Shown one piece after another: positions 48,347-57,624 of a stretch of 60,096 nt of DNA. Every line of letters begins with the position of its first letter. The stretch's first letter is position 1. The position numbers and the translations under genes were made by a program. The notes below the pieces were generated by a model. That model worked only from the letters and a program-made list of their open reading frames with translations. It searched no databases and was not told the origin of the DNA. The DNA is from a virus (taxonomy: Duplodnaviria; Caudoviricetes), in the IMG/VR virus record IMGVR_UViG_3300047548_000544, positions 1 to 60,096 of that record, one strand, 5' to 3'.

Positions 48347-50518
48347 TTAAGCTTCTGACTGAACTCTAGTAAGAGTGATGTCAGCAAGGATGAAGTCGAT
48401 ACCTTCAACTAATACTACGATACAAGCGATCTTAACAACGTTTCCTTCAATTGAAACGTCAAGTTTCTTATATCCGTTTTTAGCTTCTGGTGTAGAAACT
48501 GTAATACCTTGAGCTAAGAAAGTAGCTAAGATAGAAGCAGCAACTGATTTGATTTCGCTAGCTTGAATGTTGTTCTTCTGACCGATGAAGATGTTTTCCA
48601 ATTGATTTCTGAAATCAAAAGCAAGAACGTCAGCAGCGTAAAGAACGTTAGCACGGTTGTAAACCCAGTTACCATCTTTGCTATAAGTAGTGTTATCAAC
48701 AACAACACGGATACCACCTGATTGAGGAGCTTCCATGAAAGTGATTCCACCTTTAATAGCTTGAGTAGCCATTGAATTTGGGTTAAAGTCAACAATGATA
48801 TCTTCTTCTGGAGTTGACATAGGTTGTGCCGTTTGTCTAATACCAGAACAGTTCATATACTTGAAAGTAAGCGGAGTTCCTACTGGCGCACCAGCTCTAG
48901 CTCCAGCAAGTAAACAAGACATAGCCCATGGTTGGAACCACTTAATGTTTCCTTGAGCATCGTTGTTTCTTGTATCTTGAATTGCTAATTGCAATCTAGC
49001 ATCAGCTAAAAGGGCAGCAGTGTCAAGACATGTATCGAACGAAGCTTTTTGAGAAAGGTAACCTTGTCTCTCACTTCTATTAACAGTTGTGCTCATTAAT
49101 GAACAGTGTGTCTTAATAGCTTGGTGGATACCAGCGATAGTATATGCAGAAGCTGCATCAGTAAGGTTATCAGCGATATCAGCAGAAGCATCTCTTGAGA
49201 AAAGAGGAACTACTGAGTTAACTCTAATTTGCTCGAAAGCAGAAAGAGCAGCAGTAATTGCAGCAGTACTTGTTGCACCAAGAGAACCACCAGAAAGAGC
49301 AACTTCAGCTTGAGCATCCATTAAACCAGTTTTTTCTTGAGAAGCAATACTTACGATAGAAGAGTCAGCCATGAAGTCAGCAACTTCTTGAGCGTCTTTC
49401 TTAATTCTTGCCGGCTTGATTGTAGCGTTGTTTGAAGACTTAGCTCCAACAGTTACTAAATCAAGAACAGAAGCAGGAAGTGAATTATAAAGTGTAGAAG
49501 CTAGAGCAACACTCCATCCAACAGTAAGGTTCATCGCGTTTACTAATTGAAGTAAAGTTGAGTAAGCAGACTTATCGAAAGTAGCGACTGAAGCACCAGC
49601 AGTTAAAATAACTTGAGTAGCAGAAACTTCAACAGTAGCAGAAGTCTCAGCGCCAGTGTAACCAGCTTGAAGAACAACGTTACCACCAACAGATTCTTGT
49701 TCCTGTAAAAGGTCTCTAGTTTGTTTCACAGTGATTGTCATAGCAGCTTCTGTAGCAGAAAGTGTTTGACCTGCAGAAATCATCATTGCAGTAAGCGGAG
49801 TAGAAGTTGCGTTAGCAAGTTCCATCGATTTACCAAAACCTTTTTGGTTAGCAAGAGCATCAGCAGCTACAGCGATTGTCAATGTAGAAGCGATACCAGA
49901 ACCACCAACAGTAAATGTTACACCTGATACAGACCAAGTTGCAACGTCAGCTACGAAAGCAGCATGGTTAGCATAAGCACCAGCAACAGTAACAGTAGAG
50001 ATTGCTCCCCCGTTAACTCTTACAGTGAATGTACCAGCTGGAACAGCTGAACTATCAAATGGAGCAGAAGAAGCTTTACTTGGAGCAACTTCAGGAGTTT
50101 GAACTGCAGAGTAAGTAATAGTGTTACCACCGATACCGTATTCTAAAGATCTAACAGTTCCATATGCACTAGCTAGAGTTAAAGTAGCTCTAGTTGAAGC
50201 GTTTGTTTTATATACGTAAACAGCTTGTGCACCGCCAGCAATTGCACCGTCCGAAGCTGGGGCAAATAAGAAGTTCATAGCATCGACTAGCGGTCCGCTA
50301 CCGTACTTGTTTCTTACGTCTGTTAGTTGGTTAGCTGAATATACGTTTCTTGAAATATCAGATTCTTCAGCCCCTGATCTTCCGCGTGTCGACTCGCCAA
50401 AAATAGCGATTAAACCCACAGGTCCTAAAGCAAATCCACCACTTAGGTCAATACTTGTTTTAGAATATGCTCCGGGCTTATAAATGGTCGCCCCATTGAA
50501 TGATACGTTAATAGCCAT
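48347..50518 (-). CDS. Tail sheath protein
   Basis: FNGATIYKPGAYS N-terminal arm, AIFGESTRG, LSGGSLG, GTPLTFKY, GIRVVVDNTTY and GIDFIL. Promoter TGTTATAAT at 50547-50555. Confidence 0.92.
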   Translation of the reverse strand: MAINVSFNGATIYKPGAYSKTSIDLSGGFALGPVGLIAIFGESTRGRSGAEESDISRNVYSANQLTDVRNKYGSGPLVDAMNFLFAPASDGAIAGGAQAVYVYKTNASTRATLTLASAYGTVRSLEYGIGGNTITYSAVQTPEVAPSKASSAPFDSSAVPAGTFTVRVNGGAISTVTVAGAYANHAAFVADVATWSVSGVTFTVGGSGIASTLTIAVAADALANQKGFGKSMELANATSTPLTAMMISAGQTLSATEAAMTITVKQTRDLLQEQESVGGNVVLQAGYTGAETSATVEVSATQVILTAGASVATFDKSAYSTLLQLVNAMNLTVGWSVALASTLYNSLPASVLDLVTVGAKSSNNATIKPARIKKDAQEVADFMADSSIVSIASQEKTGLMDAQAEVALSGGSLGATSTAAITAALSAFEQIRVNSVVPLFSRDASADIADNLTDAASAYTIAGIHQAIKTHCSLMSTTVNRSERQGYLSQKASFDTCLDTAALLADARLQLAIQDTRNNDAQGNIKWFQPWAMSCLLAGARAGAPVGTPLTFKYMNCSGIRQTAQPMSTPEEDIIVDFNPNSMATQAIKGGITFMEAPQSGGIRVVVDNTTYSKDGNWVYNRANVLYAADVLAFDFRNQLENIFIGQKNNIQASEIKSVAASILATFLAQGITVSTPEAKNGYKKLDVSIEGNVVKIACIVVLVEGIDFILADITLTRVQSEA

Positions 50519-50582
50519 AATTCTCTCCTATGATAATACTCTTTTTATTATAACACACCGATACTCTTAAGATCTGCTTCTA

Positions 50583-50828
50583 TTATAGCTTGACACCATA
50601 AAGTGCAAGAGCTTTATCGTACTCTTCCATTGCAGCTTCTTTTCCTAATCCCCTAGCTTTAAAGTCCGCCATAATGATTTCTTTATGGTGACACTTAGGG
50701 ATCTTGTCTTTCTTCTGGTGATACCAAGAATCAAAAGATACCATCTCGTCAGGCATTACCTTAGGAGCAGATTCTTCTCTATTCTTGTTTTCCATTTCTT
50801 TAATTTGTTCTTTTAAATTCTTAGCCAT
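50583..50828 (-). CDS. Hypothetical protein
   Basis: 81-aa ORF with SD AAGGAG, between neck and sheath genes. Confidence 0.7.
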   Translation of the reverse strand: MAKNLKEQIKEMENKNREESAPKVMPDEMVSFDSWYHQKKDKIPKCHHKEIIMADFKARGLGKEAAMEEYDKALALYGVKL

Positions 50829-50837
50829 ATAAACTCC

Positions 50838-51509
50838 TTATTCGTCGTCTTCTAATGTTATTGTAGTTATATCTACTATTGGCTCTTCTCCATTAGAAGA
50901 AGCAGCATCTACATCTAATTCTATAATTGGCTCGATATAATCTTGTCCATCCACATAGTGTTGAACTGTACATCTAAACCTTATCCATCTTGACCAAACA
51001 TTGTCAGCCATATACTTACTTTCTTTATTATATTCATTAGCTCTGAAAGTATAAAGTTGTAAGCCAAGTCCTCTACCAGTCATCTTTTCTTTATAGAGAA
51101 TATATACTATCATATAGTACATCCAAAGAACTACGTCTTTAGCTTTATCAGCATGGATCCCAATATCTAAGGAAACACTAGCTGGTCCTGTTAGTATCTC
51201 AGCATCTTCGCCCATACCCCAATAATCACTCATTGAAGCTTTAGATTCATCTTCAGCTTCATCAGCTAAGTGAATACTAATAGCCGGAACTTTAGTTGGG
51301 TCAAAAGACCATGCCTGTTGAACAGGTAATTTAGTCTTATCGAACCAAGCTTGGATCTGATCAATATACTTATCGCCGTACGATGCTTGCATTGCAGGAG
51401 TATTATATTGAGCAAACACCTCTCTAAAAGCGGCCGGATTATTTCTTAGGTTTGCTAAACCTATTTGAATTAGTCGTTGCAGCGCAACTTCTGTTAATAC
51501 CATTGCCAT
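50838..51509 (-). CDS. Tail terminator / neck protein (putative)
   Basis: KVPAISIHLADEAE motif and position upstream of the sheath. Confidence 0.55.
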   Translation of the reverse strand: MAMVLTEVALQRLIQIGLANLRNNPAAFREVFAQYNTPAMQASYGDKYIDQIQAWFDKTKLPVQQAWSFDPTKVPAISIHLADEAEDESKASMSDYWGMGEDAEILTGPASVSLDIGIHADKAKDVVLWMYYMIVYILYKEKMTGRGLGLQLYTFRANEYNKESKYMADNVWSRWIRFRCTVQHYVDGQDYIEPIIELDVDAASSNGEEPIVDITTITLEDDE

Positions 51510-52240
51510 TAGAATTGTCCTTCATATTTACTGATAATCTGCAGAATGATATTGTCTATCGAATCATGCAAGTTAGCATTTATGTTTTGTAACTCTCTAG
51601 TCATATCAGCTTCTCTTCCAGGGTGAACCCATTGTGTAGATGGATCTTGCTTACTTGAGGCTGTTCTAAAATCCACTGTTTGACTATTTGTTCCAGTTGG
51701 ATATTTTTCTACTTTTTGTCTACTTTTAGAAATAGCTTGCATAGCTGATAATGTATCCATACCTCTCATAGCATCTGGACTACTTGAACCTCTATTTTGG
51801 TTCGTTCTATCTACTTTACTTGCAATTCTAGCTCGTTCTATTTCTCCTAAAGCGGCTTCAGTTGTTACTGCAGTTCTAGATGGCATTGAGCCTTTTCTTT
51901 TAACTGGGATAACCTTATATAGAGAACCGTCTTTAGCGATTTTAGCATTTTGTAACATTTTAGGAAGCATTGGGAACGGTGCTTCAGTAAAGTTTGTTTT
52001 CCCTGAGTCAGTTGAAACACTAAACGTTCCACCATCTCTTGTTGATCTAACTTCTTGAATGAACTCAGCACTCTTACCTGACTGAACTGCTTCACTCATC
52101 GCTTGAGCTAATAGATCAGAAGTCAAATCACTTATTTCTCTAGCAACATCATCACAGATACTATCTATAACTTCGTTAGAAAGATTTTTGAACTTAAGCG
52201 ATTGTCTAAGTCTATTTATCTCATTGTTAGCATCAATCAT
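51509..52240 (-). CDS. Neck / tail completion protein (putative)
   Basis: PFPMLPKML..YKVIP..FRTASSKQDPSTQWVHPG and position. Confidence 0.5.
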   Translation of the reverse strand: MIDANNEINRLRQSLKFKNLSNEVIDSICDDVAREISDLTSDLLAQAMSEAVQSGKSAEFIQEVRSTRDGGTFSVSTDSGKTNFTEAPFPMLPKMLQNAKIAKDGSLYKVIPVKRKGSMPSRTAVTTEAALGEIERARIASKVDRTNQNRGSSSPDAMRGMDTLSAMQAISKSRQKVEKYPTGTNSQTVDFRTASSKQDPSTQWVHPGREADMTRELQNINANLHDSIDNIILQIISKYEGQF

Positions 52241-53730
52241 TAGCTTCTCCTAACGATATTTGCTTTCATATCTTGTAGGAAATTAGACTTCTCCATATCT
52301 GTCCACTCTTTATTAAAAGTGATCTTGATCTTTCCACTTGGGTCGATCTCGATTGAAGGTCTAGGTAAATACATATACTGAGAATCGTAAACCTTATCTG
52401 GGTTTACTGGTCTACTTTGGTAGCCTTCTACAGTTTCTGGCTTCTTAGTTAGCTCATCAACCTTTGCTGATAGTTCTCTAAGTTTAGCTTCTAAAGTTTC
52501 TATTTCATTTCCAGCATCTTGTGATAACTTATTGTGTTGAGCTACTACATGATGAGTTGTTGCTTCTAGTTTATCGAACAGCTTCATGATCTTCTCTTCA
52601 ATTTGCTGAAGATCTACTGCGTTACCTTGTCTAATCTCTTCTCTGATATTTTCCATCTCAGTGTAGATGTTAGCTAGGTTATGTTTCTTATAGTTATCTG
52701 TTAAAGCATCTAGTCCACCATGAATAGCGTCATCAGATAAGTTTGCTTCATCTAAGATATCAAACATGTGTTCATCTTCATCTGAGTACCACTCGAATAC
52801 AGACATAATATCTGCACAGAGTTGAGGAAGTGATTTGTTTGTGAATTGGTGAATGACCTTATGTCCATCGCTAATTCTTCCTGAGTATACGTCGCTTAAA
52901 TGTTTTCTAATAGAGATAGTGTGATTATCTAAATGAACCTCTTTGAAGTCCTCATCACCCATATCACTTACTTCACCCTTTAACCATCTGAAACATCCGT
53001 TCCCAACTAGTTTAAGAGCATCACCATGACTAACATCAAATACTACGTCGCTTCTAGCTCCGCCTCTCATAATGTTCTTTTCTAGTTTCTCAACTGCCAT
53101 CATATCTGTAAGTTTATTACTTTTCTTAAGTGAAGACATAACATAGTCTTCAACACCTTTACGAGAACAATCTCTCATGTCCCAATCAAGGACATTATGT
53201 ACATCTACAAATTGTAAGTTTTTTAGTTCAGCAGAATCTTTAGGTGTACCTGAATATGAACTAGCTACGAAAGTCTTACTGTCATTGCCATTCATTTTAA
53301 AATGGCCAATCTCAGTCATCTCACCAGCTACGATACCAGCTTCTTCTCTTAGTTCTCTATGTGCCGCTTCATCGAAGTCTTCACCTGATTCAACGTGTCC
53401 ACCGGGAGTTTGCCATTTGCCATCGTCGCCTTGTCCAACTAAGATCTTGCCTTCGTCATTAACAACAATAACTCCAGCACCTTTACCAGCATAGAACTCT
53501 TCAAAAGCTTTTTTAAGTTTCTTCTTCTTTTTCTTGTGGTCTTCTTTGTGTCCACCTTCGTGGGCATTCCAATTTCCACCGCGATCGTTGTTTTTACTCT
53601 CTGCGGCTTCTTTGTCAGGTTTTGAATATTTCTCAGCAATACTTTTAGGTGGTTGTCTACCGTTTTTAGGTCCACCATGAGCGATTGCCATCATCATTCT
53701 ATATTGTCGTTTTGAAACGGCTTGTGGCAT
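52240..53730 (-). CDS. Multi-domain protein with an internal NUDIX hydrolase domain
   Basis: Perfect Nudix box GGHVESGEDFDEAAHRELREEAGI, followed by a unique region and a coiled coil. Lies inside the neck operon. Confidence 0.85.
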   Translation of the reverse strand: MPQAVSKRQYRMMMAIAHGGPKNGRQPPKSIAEKYSKPDKEAAESKNNDRGGNWNAHEGGHKEDHKKKKKKLKKAFEEFYAGKGAGVIVVNDEGKILVGQGDDGKWQTPGGHVESGEDFDEAAHRELREEAGIVAGEMTEIGHFKMNGNDSKTFVASSYSGTPKDSAELKNLQFVDVHNVLDWDMRDCSRKGVEDYVMSSLKKSNKLTDMMAVEKLEKNIMRGGARSDVVFDVSHGDALKLVGNGCFRWLKGEVSDMGDEDFKEVHLDNHTISIRKHLSDVYSGRISDGHKVIHQFTNKSLPQLCADIMSVFEWYSDEDEHMFDILDEANLSDDAIHGGLDALTDNYKKHNLANIYTEMENIREEIRQGNAVDLQQIEEKIMKLFDKLEATTHHVVAQHNKLSQDAGNEIETLEAKLRELSAKVDELTKKPETVEGYQSRPVNPDKVYDSQYMYLPRPSIEIDPSGKIKITFNKEWTDMEKSNFLQDMKANIVRRS

Positions 53731-53785
53731 AATTTGACCCTTCTTAATTAACTATCTAACTATTATATCTTAATTTGGTGCTTAA

Positions 53786-54571
53786 TTACTTTTCTCCACC
53801 AGATCTAAATAAAAAGTCTCTCTTTACAAGAACTTGCTGTGGTAAACGCTTAGCTGTCTTTACACCATTTATCAATTCTTGAGTAACTCTTAATTCATGC
53901 AGTGATTGGAGAACATTATACACAGGATTAGCGTTGTATGTTATTGACAATACTTCGCCTATATCTTCTACTTGATTATACGGAGGTTCCTCTCCCGCTA
54001 TCCAACTTATACTACCATCTACTATTGTAAAATCAGTACCTTGAGCATAAACAGTCTTTACACCATTGCTGATACCAGTAATATTTACTATATTAGCAAT
54101 TGGATATCTTAAACTAGTAACGTCAGATCCATCATATTCTTTAAGATCGCTTAACCTTACTTGAAAGTCAGGACAAACTAGTTGATCGAACACATTGAAG
54201 TCAGCTTGAACACCATCTGGATATTCAGTTGGAAATGTAATAACAGCAGTTCCTACTTCCCAAACACCTTGGATCTCAAATAGCTTCTCAAGTGTGTTTC
54301 CAGCGTGAACTCCCCAGATCTCTTTCTCTTCAATATATAAGATTTGAGACTGATCACAGAACGGACATTCTGGATCATGGTTGTTATCTAATAGTGAAAC
54401 CATATTAGGACATGGAGCAGCAATTCTATGGATGAAGCGAATACCACGATTTTGAAGAAGCTGATCAAAAGCAGCACCTTGGATGCTTGGATCTGGCAAT
54501 ATCAATGGCATCATCGACTGAAAGCTTCCAGGCGAATTAGGGTATTGTTGACTTGGTTTATTTACGGCCAT
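53786..54571 (-). CDS. Head closure / neck protein (putative)
   Basis: FDQLLQNRG..APCP..CPFC, LRYPI, YNANPVY and LPQQVLVKRD. Promoter TGGTAAAAT at 54591-54599. Confidence 0.55.
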   Translation of the reverse strand: MAVNKPSQQYPNSPGSFQSMMPLILPDPSIQGAAFDQLLQNRGIRFIHRIAAPCPNMVSLLDNNHDPECPFCDQSQILYIEEKEIWGVHAGNTLEKLFEIQGVWEVGTAVITFPTEYPDGVQADFNVFDQLVCPDFQVRLSDLKEYDGSDVTSLRYPIANIVNITGISNGVKTVYAQGTDFTIVDGSISWIAGEEPPYNQVEDIGEVLSITYNANPVYNVLQSLHELRVTQELINGVKTAKRLPQQVLVKRDFLFRSGGEK

Positions 54572-54644
54572 TTGAACTCCTTACTCACCTATTTTACCAG
54601 AGAATCAGCCCTCGTAAATATTTGATTTCGTATAATATAATAAT

Positions 54645-54866
54645 ATGAAAGGATATTTCAAAACAGAAGAAGCATTATTACAAGCTATTATAGATATAGA
54701 TGGCGATTGTATTAAAACTGATTGGTGTATAATGTGTCCTTTTGCTGATAAGTGCATTGGTAGAGCAATAACTGAAGCAAGATTGCTTCCAAAAGACGAT
54801 AGAGCGAGACTAGCGTATGAAAAGTTGTTCGATAAACTTATGGAGAAAGAACTTGAAGACAGATAA
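54645..54866 (+). CDS. Small Cys-rich protein
   Basis: C-x4-C-x2-CP-x4-C pattern. GTATAAT at 54630-54636. Confidence 0.6.
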   Translation: MKGYFKTEEALLQAIIDIDGDCIKTDWCIMCPFADKCIGRAITEARLLPKDDRARLAYEKLFDKLMEKELEDR

Positions 54867-54984
54867 TAAAGGTTTTTTGAGGACTCATGCTGATAAAGCA
54901 GTTCTTGATACAGTTACTATGAATTTATATATGACATTCGTCAGAATCTTGGGTGATAAACTCGCAAAACGCCTAATCGGCTAA
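54853..54984 (+). CDS. 43-aa peptide (TTG start) with an LYMTFVRIL motif
   Basis: Manual ORF with SD GGAG. Overlaps the sigma stop codon convergently. Confidence 0.45.
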   Translation: MKTDNKGFLRTHADKAVLDTVTMNLYMTFVRILGDKLAKRLIG

Positions 54985-55671
54985 TCCAAATTTACTTCTA
55001 ATGATTTTTTCTTCTCTAGGACTTAACGCTTTAAGAGAGGAGCGAAGCTTATTAGCAAAATCCAAGGCGTCCACTTTATCATTATTGCAAGTGCTAGTAG
55101 TATCAGTAAGTAAATCACCCAGCCTACTATCTTCATTGTCTGCATTCACCTTAGTTTCGATCGATATTGGTATTTTTGCTGCCGCTATGGCTTCTTTAAC
55201 TTTTTCTGCTGGCATCTTCATCTGTTTAATAAGCTCTTTCAAGTCTGGTTCTCTTCCATGCTCATTAATAAATGCCTTAATCTCACTGTACATCTTATTA
55301 ACTGTTTCCACCATGTGGACAGGAAGTCTAATTGTTCTTCCCGTATCTGCTATTGCTCTGGTGATCCCCTGTCTTATCCACCATGTCGCGTATGTACTAA
55401 ATTTATGTCCTCTCTTATATTCAAACTTCTCTGCTGCTTTCATCAAACCCATATTACCTTCCTGAATTAAGTCCAGAAGATCTAGGTTTGCATTAGTATA
55501 CTTTTTGGCGATACTAACAACCAAACGTAAGTTGGCGTTGATGAGCTTCTCTCTAGCATCCATATCACCAGATTCAACCAACTTAGCCAATCGCAACTCA
55601 TCCTCGCGCGTCAACATCGGAATTGCGCCCATCTGTTTCAAGTAAGTCTTTAATAAGTTGTTCTCTTCCAT
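54973..55671 (-). CDS. RpoD-like (sigma70) RNA polymerase sigma factor lacking regions 1.1 and 4.2
   Basis: Regions 1.2 (YLKQMG), 2 ([33 protein letters not shown]) and 3 ([14 protein letters not shown]) are present. It ends at [20 protein letters not shown]. Confidence 0.93.
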   Translation of the reverse strand: MEENNLLKTYLKQMGAIPMLTREDELRLAKLVESGDMDAREKLINANLRLVVSIAKKYTNANLDLLDLIQEGNMGLMKAAEKFEYKRGHKFSTYATWWIRQGITRAIADTGRTIRLPVHMVETVNKMYSEIKAFINEHGREPDLKELIKQMKMPAEKVKEAIAAAKIPISIETKVNADNEDSRLGDLLTDTTSTCNNDKVDALDFANKLRSSLKALSPREEKIIRSKFGLAD

Positions 55672-55768
55672 TATCTAGTTATACTCTTCTTGTATAATAT
55701 AAATATATAAAAGCGCGCTCGCGCTGAAGGGCCCCCTAGCCATGCGAGCGTAAACAAAAGAAGCGTAA

Positions 55769-55954
55769 ATGGAAGCTCACTTACAGTTCACAACCTTCAG
55801 ACAGCGCAAATCGATTGTGGTCGGTCGACTGTTTAAAACTCTCAAACGCTTTGGTCTTATGTCCGACATGGAAAATCTCACAGATCCACTGTACGCTTAC
55901 CGAATTTGGATGTTCGCCGATAAATATGGGTTAAAAAAGTATGACGATGAATAA
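55769..55954 (+). CDS. Small protein of the LFxTLxRF family
   Basis: GRLFKTLKRFGLM. Confidence 0.6.
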   Translation: MEAHLQFTTFRQRKSIVVGRLFKTLKRFGLMSDMENLTDPLYAYRIWMFADKYGLKKYDDE

Positions 55955-56186
55955 ACTCCCTGAGGCCCACGACTACGCTTACGGTGTTGCCTTCGCTGAG
56001 CTCAACCAAGCTTGCTCTGCCATGCGGGCTTTACTTGTCACACTGAAGCGACTTAAAATCATCAAGCCCGACGAAGTACAACCACTCTTCAAAGCACTAC
56101 GACAAAAGTATTTCTTCGCTCATATGAATCGGCATAAATGGGGCGAGACGCCCTTGTACCTGCCGTCTAAAAAGAGCGGGGTCTAA
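55941..56186 (+). CDS. Small protein of the LFxTLxRF family
   Basis: ALLVTLKRLKII. Confidence 0.6.
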   Translation: MTMNKLPEAHDYAYGVAFAELNQACSAMRALLVTLKRLKIIKPDEVQPLFKALRQKYFFAHMNRHKWGETPLYLPSKKSGV

Positions 56187-56187
56187 C

Positions 56188-56367
56188 ATGTACGGAAGCC
56201 CATGGCATTGGATGCATAAATCACAACACACTGAGTCGGCGTTGGCGCTGTTTAAAACGTTGGTGCGCTTCAGGATAGTGGAGAATATAGTGCATCCGGG
56301 TGAATGGGCTATCTGGTATGGCAATGTTAAGCGGTTTTCCCATAAGTATGAGGGACGAGATGGATAG
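56188..56367 (+). CDS. Small protein of the LFxTLxRF family (59 aa, below the track cutoff)
   Basis: Manual ORF MYGSPWHWMHKSQHTESALALFKTLVRFRIVEN…. Confidence 0.6.
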   Translation: MYGSPWHWMHKSQHTESALALFKTLVRFRIVENIVHPGEWAIWYGNVKRFSHKYEGRDG

Positions 56368-56587
56368 AGTGATGACCATGGACGAAGTGAGACTGCTGGA
56401 GAACCTGTTGAGGACTTGTGATAGGTTTGGGTTGATGCCGAAATACTTATTGATGATTGAGTGGTGGACGAAGAATATTGGGCACTGGAGTTATATAGAT
56501 ACGAACAAGCGTGAGTTGGGAGTTACTATTATGATGGAAGGGAAGATGTTTAAGATAAGGATAGTGGAGGACGAAAATGGCTATTAA
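56360..56587 (+). CDS. Small protein of the LFxTLxRF family
   Basis: Likely start 56360 (SD GAGGG). Motif ENLLRTCDRFGLM. Confidence 0.6.
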   Translation: MDRVMTMDEVRLLENLLRTCDRFGLMPKYLLMIEWWTKNIGHWSYIDTNKRELGVTIMMEGKMFKIRIVEDENGY

Positions 56588-56819
56588 TAAGTTGTTTTGT
56601 GGAGCTACAATTTATAAGCCAGGTAATTGGGGTGGACCGCGTGTTTGGAGTTTGAACGATGAGGAAAGAAGTGTTCATGGGTTGTTTAAGACATTAGAGA
56701 GATTTGGGATAGTGAAGAGAGTCGTAATGATTAAGTACGATGTGAATATATTGTTCTGTGTGGACGAAGAGTCCGTCAATGAAAGCCATGAGGAATTTAT
56801 GGCTCGTTTTAAGAAATAA
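56577..56819 (+). CDS. Small protein of the LFxTLxRF family with a sheath-like N-terminus
   Basis: MAINKLFCGATIYKPG followed by HGLFKTLERFGIV. SD GGAGG. Confidence 0.7.
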   Translation: MAINKLFCGATIYKPGNWGGPRVWSLNDEERSVHGLFKTLERFGIVKRVVMIKYDVNILFCVDEESVNESHEEFMARFKK

Positions 56820-57091
56820 AATATTATATAAAAATAGAAAGTGTAAGTGGTTAACTCTATTAGGGGATTTAGGCCATGGGCCCCTTTTTATAGAAAACTG
56901 TGAAATCAGAGTTCACAGGGTACCTGTACCGAACCGACTCGAAGGGACCCTATGAAATCAAGTGGTTACCGGGTCCTGCTCTAGAAACCGACACCGAAAG
57001 CGAACCGACCCGATAAGACTGCATGATAACAACGACTTAAACAAAACGTTAACAGATACGAATGACTGTTAACAAAAACAAAGGAGTTACC

Positions 57092-57577
57092 ATGAATCAA
57101 CGTCAAGCAACTGTCAACACTATCCTATCTGTATTGAATGACCGTGGTGTTGAGTATGAACTGAATGGTCCTATCTCTATGGCTGAAACACTGAACGCTG
57201 ATGACAAGACTAAGATCCGTTCTATCATGTTCACTCTGTTCCGTGCTGGCAAGGTTGATTACAGAGCTGACTTTCAAGCGAAGGTTGATGATGACAAGGC
57301 ACTGAAAGAGTATGTGAGTGGATTAGTGAACAACTGGATTCGTAAGGCGCCTGAGTTCAACAGCGATACGACTTACAAAGCTAAAAACCCTGGAAGTCGT
57401 CAAGGGTCACAAGATGAACAGATCAAGGCAATGAAAGGACTACTAGCGATCACGACAGATCCTGAAGCGAAAGAAGCAATTGAGCAAGCGATTAGTGACA
57501 GACAAGAAGCATTGAAGCCAAGCGTAACTATAAACATCGATGCACTGCCAGAATCGCTTAGACACTTAGTGAAGTAA
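57092..57577 (+). CDS. Hypothetical (probable early) protein
   Basis: SD AAGGAG before ATG 57092. Followed by a terminator. Confidence 0.8.
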   Translation: MNQRQATVNTILSVLNDRGVEYELNGPISMAETLNADDKTKIRSIMFTLFRAGKVDYRADFQAKVDDDKALKEYVSGLVNNWIRKAPEFNSDTTYKAKNPGSRQGSQDEQIKAMKGLLAITTDPEAKEAIEQAISDRQEALKPSVTINIDALPESLRHLVK

Positions 57578-57585
57578 TAAAACCA

Positions 57586-57612
57586 AGCGGGTCATGGACG
57601 ATCCGCTCTTTT
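57586..57612 (+). terminator. Probable intrinsic terminator
   Basis: AGCGGGTC-ATGGAC-GATCCGCT followed by CTTTT. Confidence 0.6.
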
Positions 57613-57624
57613 AAAGGAGTGAGT

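Noticed and set aside
54880-54975. Sigma region 4.2 hidden behind a frameshift or amber codon
   Set aside because: The downstream frames I translated show no HTH consensus, and the DNA carries a plausible opposite-strand ORF.
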